Numbered from the stretch's first letter, positions 19,223 to 30,111 are shown. The stretch: 64,000 nt of DNA from an uncultured Eubacteriales bacterium (GCA_964400015.1 CAYNRR010000001.1:45904-109903); one strand, 5' to 3'. Notes: generated by a model not told the origin, from the sequence alone. Program-made: numbers and translations.

Positions 19223-20455
19223 ATGAATAATAGTGATTTGAATAATTTAATATTGCCACTTATCGAAGAAGCTCAAAAGATAGCAAAAGAAAAATTCGTG
19301 AATTTTGCGCAAGATTTATATGCCATTCCTTCTGATTATTGGGATCATCTATGGGAAACGCCATTAGTTCCATTTCGCGATACAGACACAATATTTCCAA
19401 TTAAACTATCTAGTTTATCTAACGATAAACTTAAAAAAATTATTTCCAAAGTTGTATTATGCGAAATGGGTGAATCAAAAGCCACATATATTCCTTTTGA
19501 AAAAATATTAGGAGATCTTCCAGAAGATGCTCAACTAGAATATGCTAAACTACAAAAAGATTCTCCTCTTCCATATGATTCAGTGATTGTATATAACGAA
19601 GAAGCATTTGCAAATGCATTCTTGCAAACACAAGAAGATGCGAAAAGACGTCATCCAGATGTAACATTAGAACACATTAAGCAATCTTTTTTAGTAGATA
19701 CAACTTTAGTATTCATTCACGAATATATGCACTTGAATACAGATACATTAGTTGTTGTTCCAACATCATCAAATCCAACCCAAGCATACCATCAATACGG
19801 CGTTAGATTTGAAGATATAACACAACCTTTAGGAGCTATATTTGAGGAATATGATGAAGTTCTTGTTGATATCATGGCAATGCTCATAGACATACATTCT
19901 AACGGAAATACTTTAGACAATGATTTAAAAACTTTACTTCAAGATAGAAAAGAAGTTTTAGAACGCGAGCACCTAACTTCACTTTATGAAAAATTTGATG
20001 ACAAACCTGTTTTTACATTATTCACTTTATTCCCTGATGAATTAGCTGAATGGATGCTTTTAGATTTGGGTTCAAAACATAAATCTAATATTCCACAACC
20101 AAGATTTCATAATTTGCTATTGGAAAAGTATCATGATGTTTTTGGAAGAAAACCTATTCCAGAAATTTCAGAAATGTTAGATTTAGCTGGCGATTACTTT
20201 ATGAGTGAAGCTCCATCACTGTTGACACAAGATGAAATCAATGAAAGAACAGAAATGTTAGAAAGTATCGGAGTAAATAATATAGATTTTAGCAAAGATA
20301 AATCTAACTTTGACATAGATTTTGAAGATTTTTTAGCACTTATTTTTTCTGAAAAAGCTATGAAAGAGTTAGGCGGCGCTATACAAGATATACGTGACAC
20401 AAAGCGTGAACGTTCGCAAAATAAATCAAAAGAAAAATATGATATAGAGCCTTAA
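19223..20455 (+). CDS. Hypothetical protein with an HExxH motif (possible zinc metallopeptidase)
   Basis: 410 aa. FIHEYMHLNTD contains HExxH. No signal peptide. The C-terminal tail is Lys-rich. RBS is AGGAGG. Confidence 0.6.
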   Translation: MNNSDLNNLILPLIEEAQKIAKEKFVNFAQDLYAIPSDYWDHLWETPLVPFRDTDTIFPIKLSSLSNDKLKKIISKVVLCEMGESKATYIPFEKILGDLPEDAQLEYAKLQKDSPLPYDSVIVYNEEAFANAFLQTQEDAKRRHPDVTLEHIKQSFLVDTTLVFIHEYMHLNTDTLVVVPTSSNPTQAYHQYGVRFEDITQPLGAIFEEYDEVLVDIMAMLIDIHSNGNTLDNDLKTLLQDRKEVLEREHLTSLYEKFDDKPVFTLFTLFPDELAEWMLLDLGSKHKSNIPQPRFHNLLLEKYHDVFGRKPIPEISEMLDLAGDYFMSEAPSLLTQDEINERTEMLESIGVNNIDFSKDKSNFDIDFEDFLALIFSEKAMKELGGAIQDIRDTKRERSQNKSKEKYDIEP

Positions 20456-20476
20456 ACTGGCCCACAAGGAGTTATT

Positions 20477-20893
20477 ATGAGTGTTAATGAATTACGAAAG
20501 TCTGCTGTTGAAGTAAATGCAATTTTAAAACATCTGCCGGTAGATGTTTCTGCAAAAATTCCTTCAACTGTAAAAGTATTTTTTGAGCAAATTGCTTCAG
20601 ACACATATTCTTTTAATTATGATGTAACAAAAAAATTAACTGAACAAAATTTAATGCCTAAAACCAAGGGCGTTATCGCTTTAATTTATAGAGATTATAT
20701 TTGCTCAAAAGAAGAGCGATTAGAATACATTCAAAAGTACAATGCTTTTTTAGAAAAAAAGCATAATGCTCAAAATTCTATCGTTCAAAATGTTAGCAAA
20801 AGTCCATCTAATACAGCATTACCTATCGTTTCAGAAAATCCCAAATGGTACGCAAAAATATTTAACACTATTAAAAACTTTTTTAAAAAGTAA
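20477..20893 (+). CDS. Hypothetical protein (138 aa)
   Basis: RBS AAGGAG, tightly linked to the preceding gene. I recognised no motif. Confidence 0.55.
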   Translation: MSVNELRKSAVEVNAILKHLPVDVSAKIPSTVKVFFEQIASDTYSFNYDVTKKLTEQNLMPKTKGVIALIYRDYICSKEERLEYIQKYNAFLEKKHNAQNSIVQNVSKSPSNTALPIVSENPKWYAKIFNTIKNFFKK

Positions 20894-20906
20894 TTTTATA
20901 AATATG

Positions 20907-20945
20907 AAAAAACCAGCATCCATATAAATAGATGCTGGCTTTTTG
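20907..20945. terminator. Bidirectional terminator
   Basis: Stem ccagcatc / gatgctgg, flanked by an A-run and a T-run, between convergent genes. Confidence 0.75.
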
Positions 20946-20947
20946 TG

Positions 20948-21601
20948 TTAATAGTCACTTGTTTTGTTGGCATTGATTCGGGATCTCATTTCTCTGAGAT
21001 CACCACTGAAATCATCCCAATACATGCTTGCAAGCAAGACTTTCAAATCGGTAGTAGATACCCTCTTAGAAACTCTGGGGGGAGCTTCCTCATAGTTAGC
21101 ACAGCGATAAACCGTGCAACCATCGTTTTGCTGATACATGTTAAAAGCTTCCAAAGCTTCTTGCACGTAATCATATTTTTCGATTCGCCAGGAATCCAAA
21201 ACGGTATAAGGAAATTCCTTATTCATTCGTAGCTGGAATGCAACAGTGAGATCGCGGACTCGAGTACAGCCAGCACAAACCTTGGTGCAGTTCTTGCCAC
21301 AAAGATGTACGCCGTTGCTATCATCCACTCTGTTGATTTTGAGATCACCAGGTACTTCGGTATAGTACAAACTTTCATCAAATTTGTACGCTATGCCAGG
21401 GGTTCCCGAGAGTCTAAGTTTTAGAAGTTCCTCAGCAGTCACCTCTCTAAACTCATACTCTTCGAAATAGGAGTCAGACTCTTTTAGCCGTCTACCTCTT
21501 TCATTGTAGGTTACGTCTTTGTACTCTACAGTAAGAGCATACGGCTTTTTATCTACGATTTTTACGACAAGGTTCTTCATGAATACTTCAGTCTTTTCCA
21601 T
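20948..21601 (-). CDS. Hypothetical Cys-cluster protein (217 aa) in a higher-GC patch
   Basis: RBS GGAGG lies 8 nt before the ATG. It contains CGKNCTKVCAGC (C-x3-C-x3-C-x2-C) and a later C-x4-C. I recognised no family. Confidence 0.6.
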   Translation of the reverse strand: MEKTEVFMKNLVVKIVDKKPYALTVEYKDVTYNERGRRLKESDSYFEEYEFREVTAEELLKLRLSGTPGIAYKFDESLYYTEVPGDLKINRVDDSNGVHLCGKNCTKVCAGCTRVRDLTVAFQLRMNKEFPYTVLDSWRIEKYDYVQEALEAFNMYQQNDGCTVYRCANYEEAPPRVSKRVSTTDLKVLLASMYWDDFSGDLREMRSRINANKTSDY

Positions 21602-21730
21602 TTTTCATGCCTCCAAATTGCGTATTTTTAATAGCTAACATACACATTCATAATGTCAAGTTTCCATGAATATTGTACCAGATTATGTAAATAAAGTCAA
21701 TAATATTTATTTACATAACTCAATAACTTA

Positions 21731-22414
21731 CTATGCTCTATTTCTTCCAGATTGATTTGAGGAATTATTAGTGTTATCTAGCTCAACTGCAGTATTGCAA
21801 GGACATGAGCTACTATTGTTATTTTCTAATATATTATTATTCATATAAAATTTCTTTTGAGCTAATTTTTCTTGAACGGTTCTTAAAGCTTCTCCAAAGC
21901 GTTGAAAATGAACTATTTCCCTTTCTCTTAAGAATTTCAATACATTAGTTACATCAGGATCATCAGATAAATCTATTAAATATTCATAAGTTGAACGAGC
22001 TTTTTGTTCAGCTGCCAAGTCTTCATATAAATCAGTAACTGGGTCACCTTTTACCTGCAAAGCAGTCGCCGTAAATGGTATTCCACCAGCACTTTGAGGA
22101 TATACTGATATACCATGATCTGTATAATAATCTCCCAATCCAGCTTTTTTCATTTGTTCAGGCGTAGCACCTACCGTAAGTTGATTTACTAGTGTTCCAA
22201 CCATTTCTAAATGTCCAAGTTCTTCAGTTCCAATATCATTTAAAGTCGCTTTTGCAATTTCAGTTGGCATGCTAAATCTTTGACTTAAATATCTAAGAGC
22301 TGCCCCCAATTCTCCATCAGGACCACCATACTGACTAATTATAAACTTAGCCATTTGTGGATTTGTATTTTTTATATTTATTGGATATTGCAATTTCTTT
22401 TCGTATCCCCACAT
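21731..22414 (-). CDS. cotJC: Spore coat protein CotJC (manganese catalase family)
   Basis: The N-terminus MWGYEKKLQYPINIK ... GELGAALRYLSQRF ... EELGHLEMV is typical of CotJC/Mn-catalase. Confidence 0.9.
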   Translation of the reverse strand: MWGYEKKLQYPINIKNTNPQMAKFIISQYGGPDGELGAALRYLSQRFSMPTEIAKATLNDIGTEELGHLEMVGTLVNQLTVGATPEQMKKAGLGDYYTDHGISVYPQSAGGIPFTATALQVKGDPVTDLYEDLAAEQKARSTYEYLIDLSDDPDVTNVLKFLREREIVHFQRFGEALRTVQEKLAQKKFYMNNNILENNNSSSCPCNTAVELDNTNNSSNQSGRNRA

Positions 22415-22417
22415 AAT

Positions 22418-22687
22418 TTATACTCCCCTTTCCCATGGCCAAGGATTTTTTATCCATACCCATTCACAATCAATCGCGGCATTTCTAGCTGTCAAAGGTC
22501 CATATTCTTCCTCATATTTAGTTCTAGCCATTTCAGCTTCTTCTACTAATTCTCTATAACAATCAATAGCATCTATATCATCTGGATGAGTATTTAAATA
22601 TAATTGCAAGTCATAAAGCTTAAAGTCCAGTGCCATAAGTTCCTTTAATTTATCATTTTTACACCCCATCACATTCATCCTCCCCAC
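22418..22687 (-). CDS. cotJB: Spore coat protein CotJB
   Basis: 89 aa with the LALDF.L.DL.LYLNTHPDD motif, positioned between cotJA and cotJC. Confidence 0.85.
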   Translation of the reverse strand: MGRMNVMGCKNDKLKELMALDFKLYDLQLYLNTHPDDIDAIDCYRELVEEAEMARTKYEEEYGPLTARNAAIDCEWVWIKNPWPWERGV

Positions 22688-22940
22688 AAGTCGTAGTATC
22701 TCTCAAGTATGCAATAATTTCTTGAGATTTATTTTTACAATACGGTGAAACCAATTCTGGAAAGGTAGTACCATTTTCCAAAGCTTGCATTGGCTCAAAT
22801 ATGTCTCCAGCCTCTTGATATGGAACATACGCGTTTGCAAGTAATGGATTTACAGGCATTATATCCATAGGTTTACATCTATTTTGACAATTTCGACAAT
22901 TACAATTGCATGAACGTCTATTATTGTACCTATTTCTCAT
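22659..22940 (-). CDS. cotJA: Spore coat-associated protein CotJA
   Basis: ANAYVPYQ ... FEP..AL..GT.FPEL motif. The start was moved to the ATG at 22940, 10 nt after AGGAGG. Confidence 0.8.
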   Translation of the reverse strand: MRNRYNNRRSCNCNCRNCQNRCKPMDIMPVNPLLANAYVPYQEAGDIFEPMQALENGTTFPELVSPYCKNKSQEIIAYLRDTTTCGEDECDGV

Positions 22941-23034
22941 AAACAAATTACCTCCTAATTATTGATATAATACAAGTTATGAATTATTATGAGATTTAGT
23001 GCATACTATTGTTTAAATATTTTATCAAAAAATG

Positions 23035-23063
23035 TTGACAAAAATCAGAGCCTATGTTATCAT
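23035..23063 (+). promoter_or_regulatory. Sigma-A-type promoter of tRNA-Arg
   Basis: TTGACA, 17-nt spacer, TATCAT. Confidence 0.6.
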
Positions 23064-23081
23064 ATGAATTGTCGCAAACGT

Positions 23082-23158
<77 letters not shown>

Positions 23159-23174
23159 CAGTGTATGACACGAA

Positions 23175-23205
23175 AACTGGTTAATCAATGATTAACCAGT
23201 TTTTT
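23175..23205 (+). terminator. Terminator after tRNA-Arg
   Basis: Stem aactggttaatc / gattaaccagtt, followed by a T-run. Confidence 0.8.
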
Positions 23206-23288
23206 ATTATAAAAAGAACCACCAAATACATGGTGATTCTCTACTTGATAACTATTCTATTTCTTCTTTTTTCCTATATATTCATTTT

Positions 23289-24272
23289 TTATATATTTAT
23301 TTTTTGGTAGAACGGTACTATCGCATTTTTTCTAACAAAGTCCCCTCTTTGCTCTCCCAACTTTTCAACTACTATTTCATTTGTGTTTGATTGTGGCAAA
23401 AGATAATTTTTCAAATCTGCATATACTTTTTTTCTTTCATCTTCATTATCTAATTCATCTTCAACCACAATTAGTTGTGATAAATATTGTGTATTATCGT
23501 TTGGTAGATAATATCTTCTATCAAATATCCATAAAGCTGATATTGCTTTATTTGCTTTTGCAAAGTTTGTTGCAAACTTTACTACTCTTGATGGTAGTAT
23601 ACTATATTCAAGAATTCTCAAATCATATTCATTTACTAATATTTCTGTTTTCCTTTTCGCATTTACTTTTGTATATGAAGAACCTGATGTAAAACTTTTT
23701 GAAACATTCGATATTGTTTTTGTCTTTTCATTAGATGTATTTTCTTCTATTTTTACTTCTGTTTTGTTTTCGATTATTGGCTCTACTTTAGGTTGAGTCG
23801 CAACTTGTTCTTGAATATTTTTTATGTGATTTATTATATTAGGGCTAATTATCAAATTATCTGTTAAGGGATTTATAACTATTCCATATATTTGTGAAAA
23901 TTTGTATGAATTCACTATTTGCAGAATTTCATTAAAACTTACTTGTTTAGTGTATGGAAATTCTTCTACATTACTTCTTTTGTACGATTCTTCTACTGAT
24001 GTATATATAGGAAAATATGCTTCTGAATTTAATGAATATATAAAAGATAATCTTATTTCTGCTTCATCATTAAAAACTTCCTCACCCAATTCATTTTTTA
24101 TTGGTGGTATAGATGAACTAAATGCATAAAACAATTTCGCATGTAAAGCTATATTTTCGTATATCTTATTCATTACATTTTTTATTTCTGCTTCTGTTTG
24201 TGCCTCTTTTCTTTCTTTAAGATATTTTACAAGTTCATTATTTTCTATAACAGTTTCTATTTCATTAGACAT
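23289..24272 (-). CDS. Hypothetical protein (327 aa)
   Basis: Long ORF with plausible codon usage. No confident motif. Confidence 0.55.
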   Translation of the reverse strand: MSNEIETVIENNELVKYLKERKEAQTEAEIKNVMNKIYENIALHAKLFYAFSSSIPPIKNELGEEVFNDEAEIRLSFIYSLNSEAYFPIYTSVEESYKRSNVEEFPYTKQVSFNEILQIVNSYKFSQIYGIVINPLTDNLIISPNIINHIKNIQEQVATQPKVEPIIENKTEVKIEENTSNEKTKTISNVSKSFTSGSSYTKVNAKRKTEILVNEYDLRILEYSILPSRVVKFATNFAKANKAISALWIFDRRYYLPNDNTQYLSQLIVVEDELDNEDERKKVYADLKNYLLPQSNTNEIVVEKLGEQRGDFVRKNAIVPFYQKINI

Positions 24273-24305
24273 ACTATTTTCCCTCTTCTTTAGTAAATTT
24301 ATGTT

Positions 24306-26450
24306 TTATTGAACTCTTGCTACAATTATTGTCATATCATCTTTTGGCATACCAAAATTGCAATCAATAGATTCTTGAAGCATTATATCTGCCAAACGTT
24401 GTGCACTCGTTGTTTTTACTGCTTTTATAAGTTCTATAATCGCTTGCTCTTTTTTATCAAAGTTAGCATCTAATACACCATCAGTAACCATTACAATCAA
24501 ATCACCACGTTTTAATAATTTTGTTTTAGTTTCAATTTCAATATTTCCTAACATTCCAATTGGCAAATTATTTGAATCTACACTTGTAACCTGTCCTTGC
24601 TTATTGCATATAAAAGTAGGACAAGCACCAATCTTTATAAATTCAGTAAGTCCAACCAACGGATCAAATATCATTGCATCTATAGTTGCAAAATTATCTG
24701 GTTCTTTTCCAACTAGCATATATGAGTTTATTAGCTTGATTGCTCTATCTTCTTCAAATCCAGTATTCAAAAGTTTTTCCAAATTCAAAACAACTTTTTT
24801 GCTATTTCTAGCAGCTATATCGCCCGAACCCATACCATCACTAATTGCTACTAATATCTTGCCATCTTTTAGTTTTATAATAGTATTGCTATCTCCTGAA
24901 ATCGTACTATTATATTTTTTAGCTCTAGCAATTCCAAATTCAAGAGTGTATGGTTCCAACTCTATATTTTCATTATTTTCTTCTATATTTATTAAACTGC
25001 TTGAAATATTTTCTTTTACTTTGTTTAATTCTTTAGAAACTTCTTTAAGTTGCAAAGCCATTTGGATTCTCTGTTCTTTAACTTTTTCTTGCCAATCTTT
25101 GTTTACTTTATATATTTCATAACTTAAATTTAATCCTTCTGCAAACAATTCTTGATTTTGACAAATAGATTCACTCAAATCTTTTTTAGTAATTTCTCCT
25201 CTTACTTGTAAAATCTCAATTGCATTAAAAGTTTGTTCATACATTTTATGATAATTTTGTTTCCAACATGATTCATAATTAGGACAACGTTTACAAGTAT
25301 TTTCATTTAAAGTTTTTATGAAACTACCAATCTCATCTGTTGATGCAATTACATTCTTTTCGTTAGAAACATTTTCAGCCATATCATTTATTACATCTGA
25401 AACTGCATTAAGTTTATAAATAGTATTTTCTTCAATTAAGCCAACTGCACCTTCACCTGCAATACTTTTATTATAATCAAATAAATTTTCGATTATTATT
25501 ATTGCTTGTGGTGGTATCAAGAATAAAGCAATTGATGCTACTACTATTTCTTTTATATTTATTAGAACTTCTGTGGAACCATTTGCAAAAAATACTAATA
25601 CCATATTGCCTATAACAAATCCAATTACAGCTCCAACCTTTCCAAATCTAGCTAACAAGCCTGATAGTAATCCACAAAAAGCATATGTTGCAACAGTTGC
25701 AACACTACCATATCCCATTATTCCAACAGTTAAAGAAATTGAAAGACCAGCGGCACAGCCTATAGCTGGTCCACATTTCCACCCCAATAACATTACTAGA
25801 AGAATACTAATTACGCCTCGAATTGTAATTCCCAAAATACTAAAATTTGCAAAGCTACTAACTACTACTGCTAAAATAACACCTGCACAAATCAAAGCTT
25901 CCGACGAATGTACTTTTTCATTAGCTATGTTATATATTACCGGCAATCCCTCTGAAAATATCAAGAAGAATACGCCAACCATAATAGAATTGTATATTGC
26001 AAAAACAGCATCATATACAAGAAATTCATTAAATGATAACGCAATAACTTCTGAAATTATGCTAGACGCAATTATTGCTAATGTGTTATTAGTTTTATTA
26101 TCAGCAAATTTTACGAAAGATTTTATTGCAGCGTATAAAATACTTGCAATCATAAATTTCAAAAGTGCTACTTTTCCCAAACAAATTCCTGTCACAATCG
26201 ATATTATTGAAAAAGAAGCAATCAAAGGAATTTTCAAAACACTAGTAGCTGCTAATATCGCAAGACCAAATGGTGTTGCATCTGATGCCATCTTGCAAGG
26301 AGATACCAAAGCACATATAAGTAATACGATTAAATTTTTAATATTTTCAAAAAGTTCTTTAAAGAACATTTTATCAATAAAGCTAAAAGTATTGTCTATT
26401 GCCTCTTTATCATAATTTAATTTACTTTTTAATTCTTGAAACACTTTCAC
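24306..26450 (-). CDS. spoIIE: Stage II sporulation protein E (membrane PP2C phosphatase)
   Basis: 714 aa. About 10 N-terminal TM segments plus a C-terminal PP2C-like domain (SGDS ... ISDGMGSG ... FATIDA ... VTDGV). Confidence 0.85.
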   Translation of the reverse strand: MKVFQELKSKLNYDKEAIDNTFSFIDKMFFKELFENIKNLIVLLICALVSPCKMASDATPFGLAILAATSVLKIPLIASFSIISIVTGICLGKVALLKFMIASILYAAIKSFVKFADNKTNNTLAIIASSIISEVIALSFNEFLVYDAVFAIYNSIMVGVFFLIFSEGLPVIYNIANEKVHSSEALICAGVILAVVVSSFANFSILGITIRGVISILLVMLLGWKCGPAIGCAAGLSISLTVGIMGYGSVATVATYAFCGLLSGLLARFGKVGAVIGFVIGNMVLVFFANGSTEVLINIKEIVVASIALFLIPPQAIIIIENLFDYNKSIAGEGAVGLIEENTIYKLNAVSDVINDMAENVSNEKNVIASTDEIGSFIKTLNENTCKRCPNYESCWKQNYHKMYEQTFNAIEILQVRGEITKKDLSESICQNQELFAEGLNLSYEIYKVNKDWQEKVKEQRIQMALQLKEVSKELNKVKENISSSLINIEENNENIELEPYTLEFGIARAKKYNSTISGDSNTIIKLKDGKILVAISDGMGSGDIAARNSKKVVLNLEKLLNTGFEEDRAIKLINSYMLVGKEPDNFATIDAMIFDPLVGLTEFIKIGACPTFICNKQGQVTSVDSNNLPIGMLGNIEIETKTKLLKRGDLIVMVTDGVLDANFDKKEQAIIELIKAVKTTSAQRLADIMLQESIDCNFGMPKDDMTIIVARVQ

Positions 26451-26574
26451 TTACACCTCTTAACTTTTTCATAAAACTTTTTAAGAAATTATATCTACTA
26501 CTTTCCAAATATAATGTCGTATTGTAGTTTAAAATCGAAAAAGTTTTTTACAAAAAACTACATTTTATTAACTC

Positions 26575-29500
26575 TTATAATTTGTAAGATATCAAATTAG
26601 ATATACCATGTTCCTGCATTGTTACACCATACATAGTATTCGCTGCTTCCATAGAACCCTTTCTATGTGTAATAATAAGGAACTGTGTTTTAGCACTAAA
26701 CTTTTTAAGGTATTCTGCATATCTATGAACATTAACATCGTCTAAAGCCGCCTCAATTTCATCAAGTACACAGAAAGGCGATGGATTCAATTTCAAAATT
26801 GCAAAAAGTAATGCGATTGCTGTAAGTGCTCTTTCTCCACCAGACAATAACATTAAGTTTTGAAGTTTCTTTCCTGGTGGTTGAACCTCAATATCAATTC
26901 CACATTCTAATATGTTTGTTTCATCAGCAAGTTTTAAAATTGCCTTACCTCCACCAAATAATTCTGAAAATACTTCTGAGAAATTTTTATTTATAAGTTC
27001 AAATTGTTCTGCAAATTGAATCTTCATAAGTTTAGTCATATCGTCTATAATTTTATTTAAAGATTTTTCTGATTCTTCCAAATCCGTCTTTTGAGTTTGT
27101 ATAAAATCGAATCTATCCTTTAAAGTCTTGTATTCATCTATAGCATTTACATTAACGCTTCCCAAACCTTTTATTTCAGATTTTAGTTTTTCAACTTCCT
27201 TAGCTGTAGTTGAAGTAACTTCAGCATAGTTTTTAGCCGTATTAGGAGTAGTTTCATATTCTTCCCACATTTTATTTTGAATATCTTCTATGTCTGTTTC
27301 AAGTTTGGCTTTTCTAAAATCTAATTTTGTATTTTGTTCTTTTAATATTTCCAATGTCTTAAATTGACTTGTAATATTTTCTTCAATTGCAACAAGCTCA
27401 TTATTCTTGTTTTCTCTTTCTTTTTTCAACTCTGCGATTTTATTTTCTATTTCACGAGTTGTTTCATCAGAATTATTTATTGCCTTTTCTATTTCAGATA
27501 TCTTATTTTCCAATGATGAATTTTCATTCAACAAGCTTTCTCTTTCGTGCGTTTTGTTTTCAACATTTTGTATGCAATTGTTGATTTCTTGCTTTATCAT
27601 TTCTAGCATTTCATCAATTGAAACTGCACTTTCATCAAAAGAAGAAACTGAAATTTTTAAATCTACAATATCAGAATTTAAATCATCTATAAACTTTTGT
27701 TGTTCCTCGTTTTTACTTGTAAGTTCTGTAACCTTTTCTTGTAATGAAGAATTTTCTTGTTCTAAGTTTGCAATCAAATTATTAAGTTCAATTTGATTTT
27801 GTTTTTCAACTTCGATATTTTCAAGAATCTTTTCTTTTTCGCCATTTAATAATTCAATTTTCTTTTTGTATCTTTCGATGTTATTATCGATTTCACTCAT
27901 TTTTTGTGATTCACGTGCATATTCAACGTCTATTGTTTGAAGTTCTCTTTCAATTTGTGAAAACTCTGCAATAGTATCTTGTGAATTTTGCTTATATTTT
28001 TCTAGATTAGCTATAGCTTCATCTCTTCTATTTTTTAGTTCTTTCAATCTAGTTTCAAGTTCTTTAATTTCTCTTCCACGGCTAAGCAAACTAGTTGTCT
28101 TTTTCTGAACGCTACCACCAGACATTTGACCCGATGGATTTACAACATCTCCATCTAACGTAACGACTCTAAATGTATATTTATATTTTTTTGAAAGCGA
28201 TACTGCATTATCCATATTTTCGACAATAACCGTTCTGCCAAGCAAACTTTCAACTACAGTTTTATACTTTGGAGAAAAATTCACAAGGTCAGAAGCAATT
28301 CCTATAACGCCCATGTCATTTTTGAATTTTTCATTTATTTTATTAGCTTTAACTGCTGAAATTGGCAAAAATGTAGCTCTACCTAAATTGTTTGATTTTA
28401 AGAATTCAATCGCTCTTTTCGCATCGTCTTCACTTTCAGTAACAACATTTTGAAGAGAAGCACCCAATATCATTTCAATTGCAGTTTCATATTTTGATGG
28501 AACTTCTATTAAACTTGCTAAAGCACCAAAAATGTTTTTTCCAAAATCAGAATCCTTTTGACATTTATTTAAAACTTCTTTTACTGCTCTATTGTATCCT
28601 TCATGTTCATTTTCAGTTTCAACTAAAAATTTATATCTTGATTCTGTGATTCTAACTTCGTCATCTGCCTTCTTTATATTTTCTTCTAATTCGTTAATTT
28701 GATTTATGCATTTTTCTCTTTCAACAGATAATTTTTCAATTTTTTCAGTAAGAGTGTTCTTCTTTGAAGTGACATCGTTTAATAAAACGCTTGCATCTTC
28801 TTTTATCATTCTTTCTTTATCTAGTTCATGAATATTTTCTCTAACTTCAGAATCTATTTGATTGTTTCTACGTGAAGTAGCCTCAATATTAGCAGAAATG
28901 TCAGAAAGCACACTCATTTTTTCAAACTTCAAATCCATATTGTTTAGAATTTTAGTTTTTAATTCTTCAGCTTGCTTTTGCTCGCTTGAAAAACTTTCAA
29001 ATAACTTAGCAAGTTCATCTTCTTTTTCTTTTAGTTCATCTTCAAACCTTTTTTTGTCTTCAAAAAGTCTTGTTTTTCTGTTGCTTCTTTCTTCAATTTC
29101 TTTTTCAAGTTCAATTCTTTTGGCGTTTGATTTATCTATTTCTTCAGCAGCAAAGTCATATTTTTGCTTATTGTTTTCTATACGTTCACTTATAATTGTG
29201 ATTTCTGCTTTTTGCTTTTCCAAATTATTTTGGAACTCAAACACATTGCTTTGTTCATGTTCTATAGCGTTTATTATTTCTTCAACGTTTAAACGAATTT
29301 CTTCTTTTTGTTTTTGGAAAGAATCAATTTTTCCATTTTCTAAATCAAGTTGATCAACAATTTCATCAATTTGAGAAACTGTGTCTTTCAATTTTTGCTT
29401 GCTCTTGTTTATATTTTCTATAAGAAGTCCAACCTCTAAATATTTTAATTGTTCTCTAATTTCAAAAAACTTCTTAGCTTTCTCAGCTTGATTTTCAAGT

Positions 29501-30111
29501 GGCCCTAATTGATTTTCTATTTCAGTAACAATGTCATTTATTCGAACTAAATTTATTCTAGTATTTTCTATTTTCTTTTCTGCTTCATGTTTTCTAGTTC
29601 TATACTTTACAATTCCAGCAGCTTCTTCAAAAATATTTCTTCGTTCTTCTGACTTTGTACTTAGAATTTCGTCAATTCTTCCTTGTCCAATAATAGAATA
29701 TCCATCGCGTCCAATTCCAGTATCCATAAACAACTCGACAATATCTTTAAGTCTACATTGATTTTTATTTATATAAAATTCACTTTCGCCACTTCTATAT
29801 ACTCTTCTTGTAACAGTAACTTCTGAATAATCTATTGGGAGTTTGCCATCTGTATTATCAATCAACATATTAACTTCTGCAAACCCTAAAGACTTACGCG
29901 CCTCTGTTCCAGCAAAGATTACATCTTCAAGTTTTGCACCACGAAGCGTTTTAATACTTTGCTCTCCCAAAACCCATCTAATTGCATCGGATATATTACT
30001 TTTACCACTACCATTAGGTCCAATTACAGCAGTGATTCCATCTTCAAATTCTAATACTGTTTTATCAGCAAAAGACTTAAACCCCTGCATTTCTATTTTT
30101 TTTAGATACAT
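26575..30111 (-). CDS. smc: Chromosome segregation protein SMC
   Basis: 1178 aa. The N-terminus MYLKKIEMQGFKSFADKT ... GPNGSGKSNISDAIRWVLGEQS, long coiled coils, a hinge, and the C-terminal LSGGE ... VLDEIEAALD. Confidence 0.95.
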   Translation of the reverse strand: MYLKKIEMQGFKSFADKTVLEFEDGITAVIGPNGSGKSNISDAIRWVLGEQSIKTLRGAKLEDVIFAGTEARKSLGFAEVNMLIDNTDGKLPIDYSEVTVTRRVYRSGESEFYINKNQCRLKDIVELFMDTGIGRDGYSIIGQGRIDEILSTKSEERRNIFEEAAGIVKYRTRKHEAEKKIENTRINLVRINDIVTEIENQLGPLENQAEKAKKFFEIREQLKYLEVGLLIENINKSKQKLKDTVSQIDEIVDQLDLENGKIDSFQKQKEEIRLNVEEIINAIEHEQSNVFEFQNNLEKQKAEITIISERIENNKQKYDFAAEEIDKSNAKRIELEKEIEERSNRKTRLFEDKKRFEDELKEKEDELAKLFESFSSEQKQAEELKTKILNNMDLKFEKMSVLSDISANIEATSRRNNQIDSEVRENIHELDKERMIKEDASVLLNDVTSKKNTLTEKIEKLSVEREKCINQINELEENIKKADDEVRITESRYKFLVETENEHEGYNRAVKEVLNKCQKDSDFGKNIFGALASLIEVPSKYETAIEMILGASLQNVVTESEDDAKRAIEFLKSNNLGRATFLPISAVKANKINEKFKNDMGVIGIASDLVNFSPKYKTVVESLLGRTVIVENMDNAVSLSKKYKYTFRVVTLDGDVVNPSGQMSGGSVQKKTTSLLSRGREIKELETRLKELKNRRDEAIANLEKYKQNSQDTIAEFSQIERELQTIDVEYARESQKMSEIDNNIERYKKKIELLNGEKEKILENIEVEKQNQIELNNLIANLEQENSSLQEKVTELTSKNEEQQKFIDDLNSDIVDLKISVSSFDESAVSIDEMLEMIKQEINNCIQNVENKTHERESLLNENSSLENKISEIEKAINNSDETTREIENKIAELKKERENKNNELVAIEENITSQFKTLEILKEQNTKLDFRKAKLETDIEDIQNKMWEEYETTPNTAKNYAEVTSTTAKEVEKLKSEIKGLGSVNVNAIDEYKTLKDRFDFIQTQKTDLEESEKSLNKIIDDMTKLMKIQFAEQFELINKNFSEVFSELFGGGKAILKLADETNILECGIDIEVQPPGKKLQNLMLLSGGERALTAIALLFAILKLNPSPFCVLDEIEAALDDVNVHRYAEYLKKFSAKTQFLIITHRKGSMEAANTMYGVTMQEHGISNLISYKL

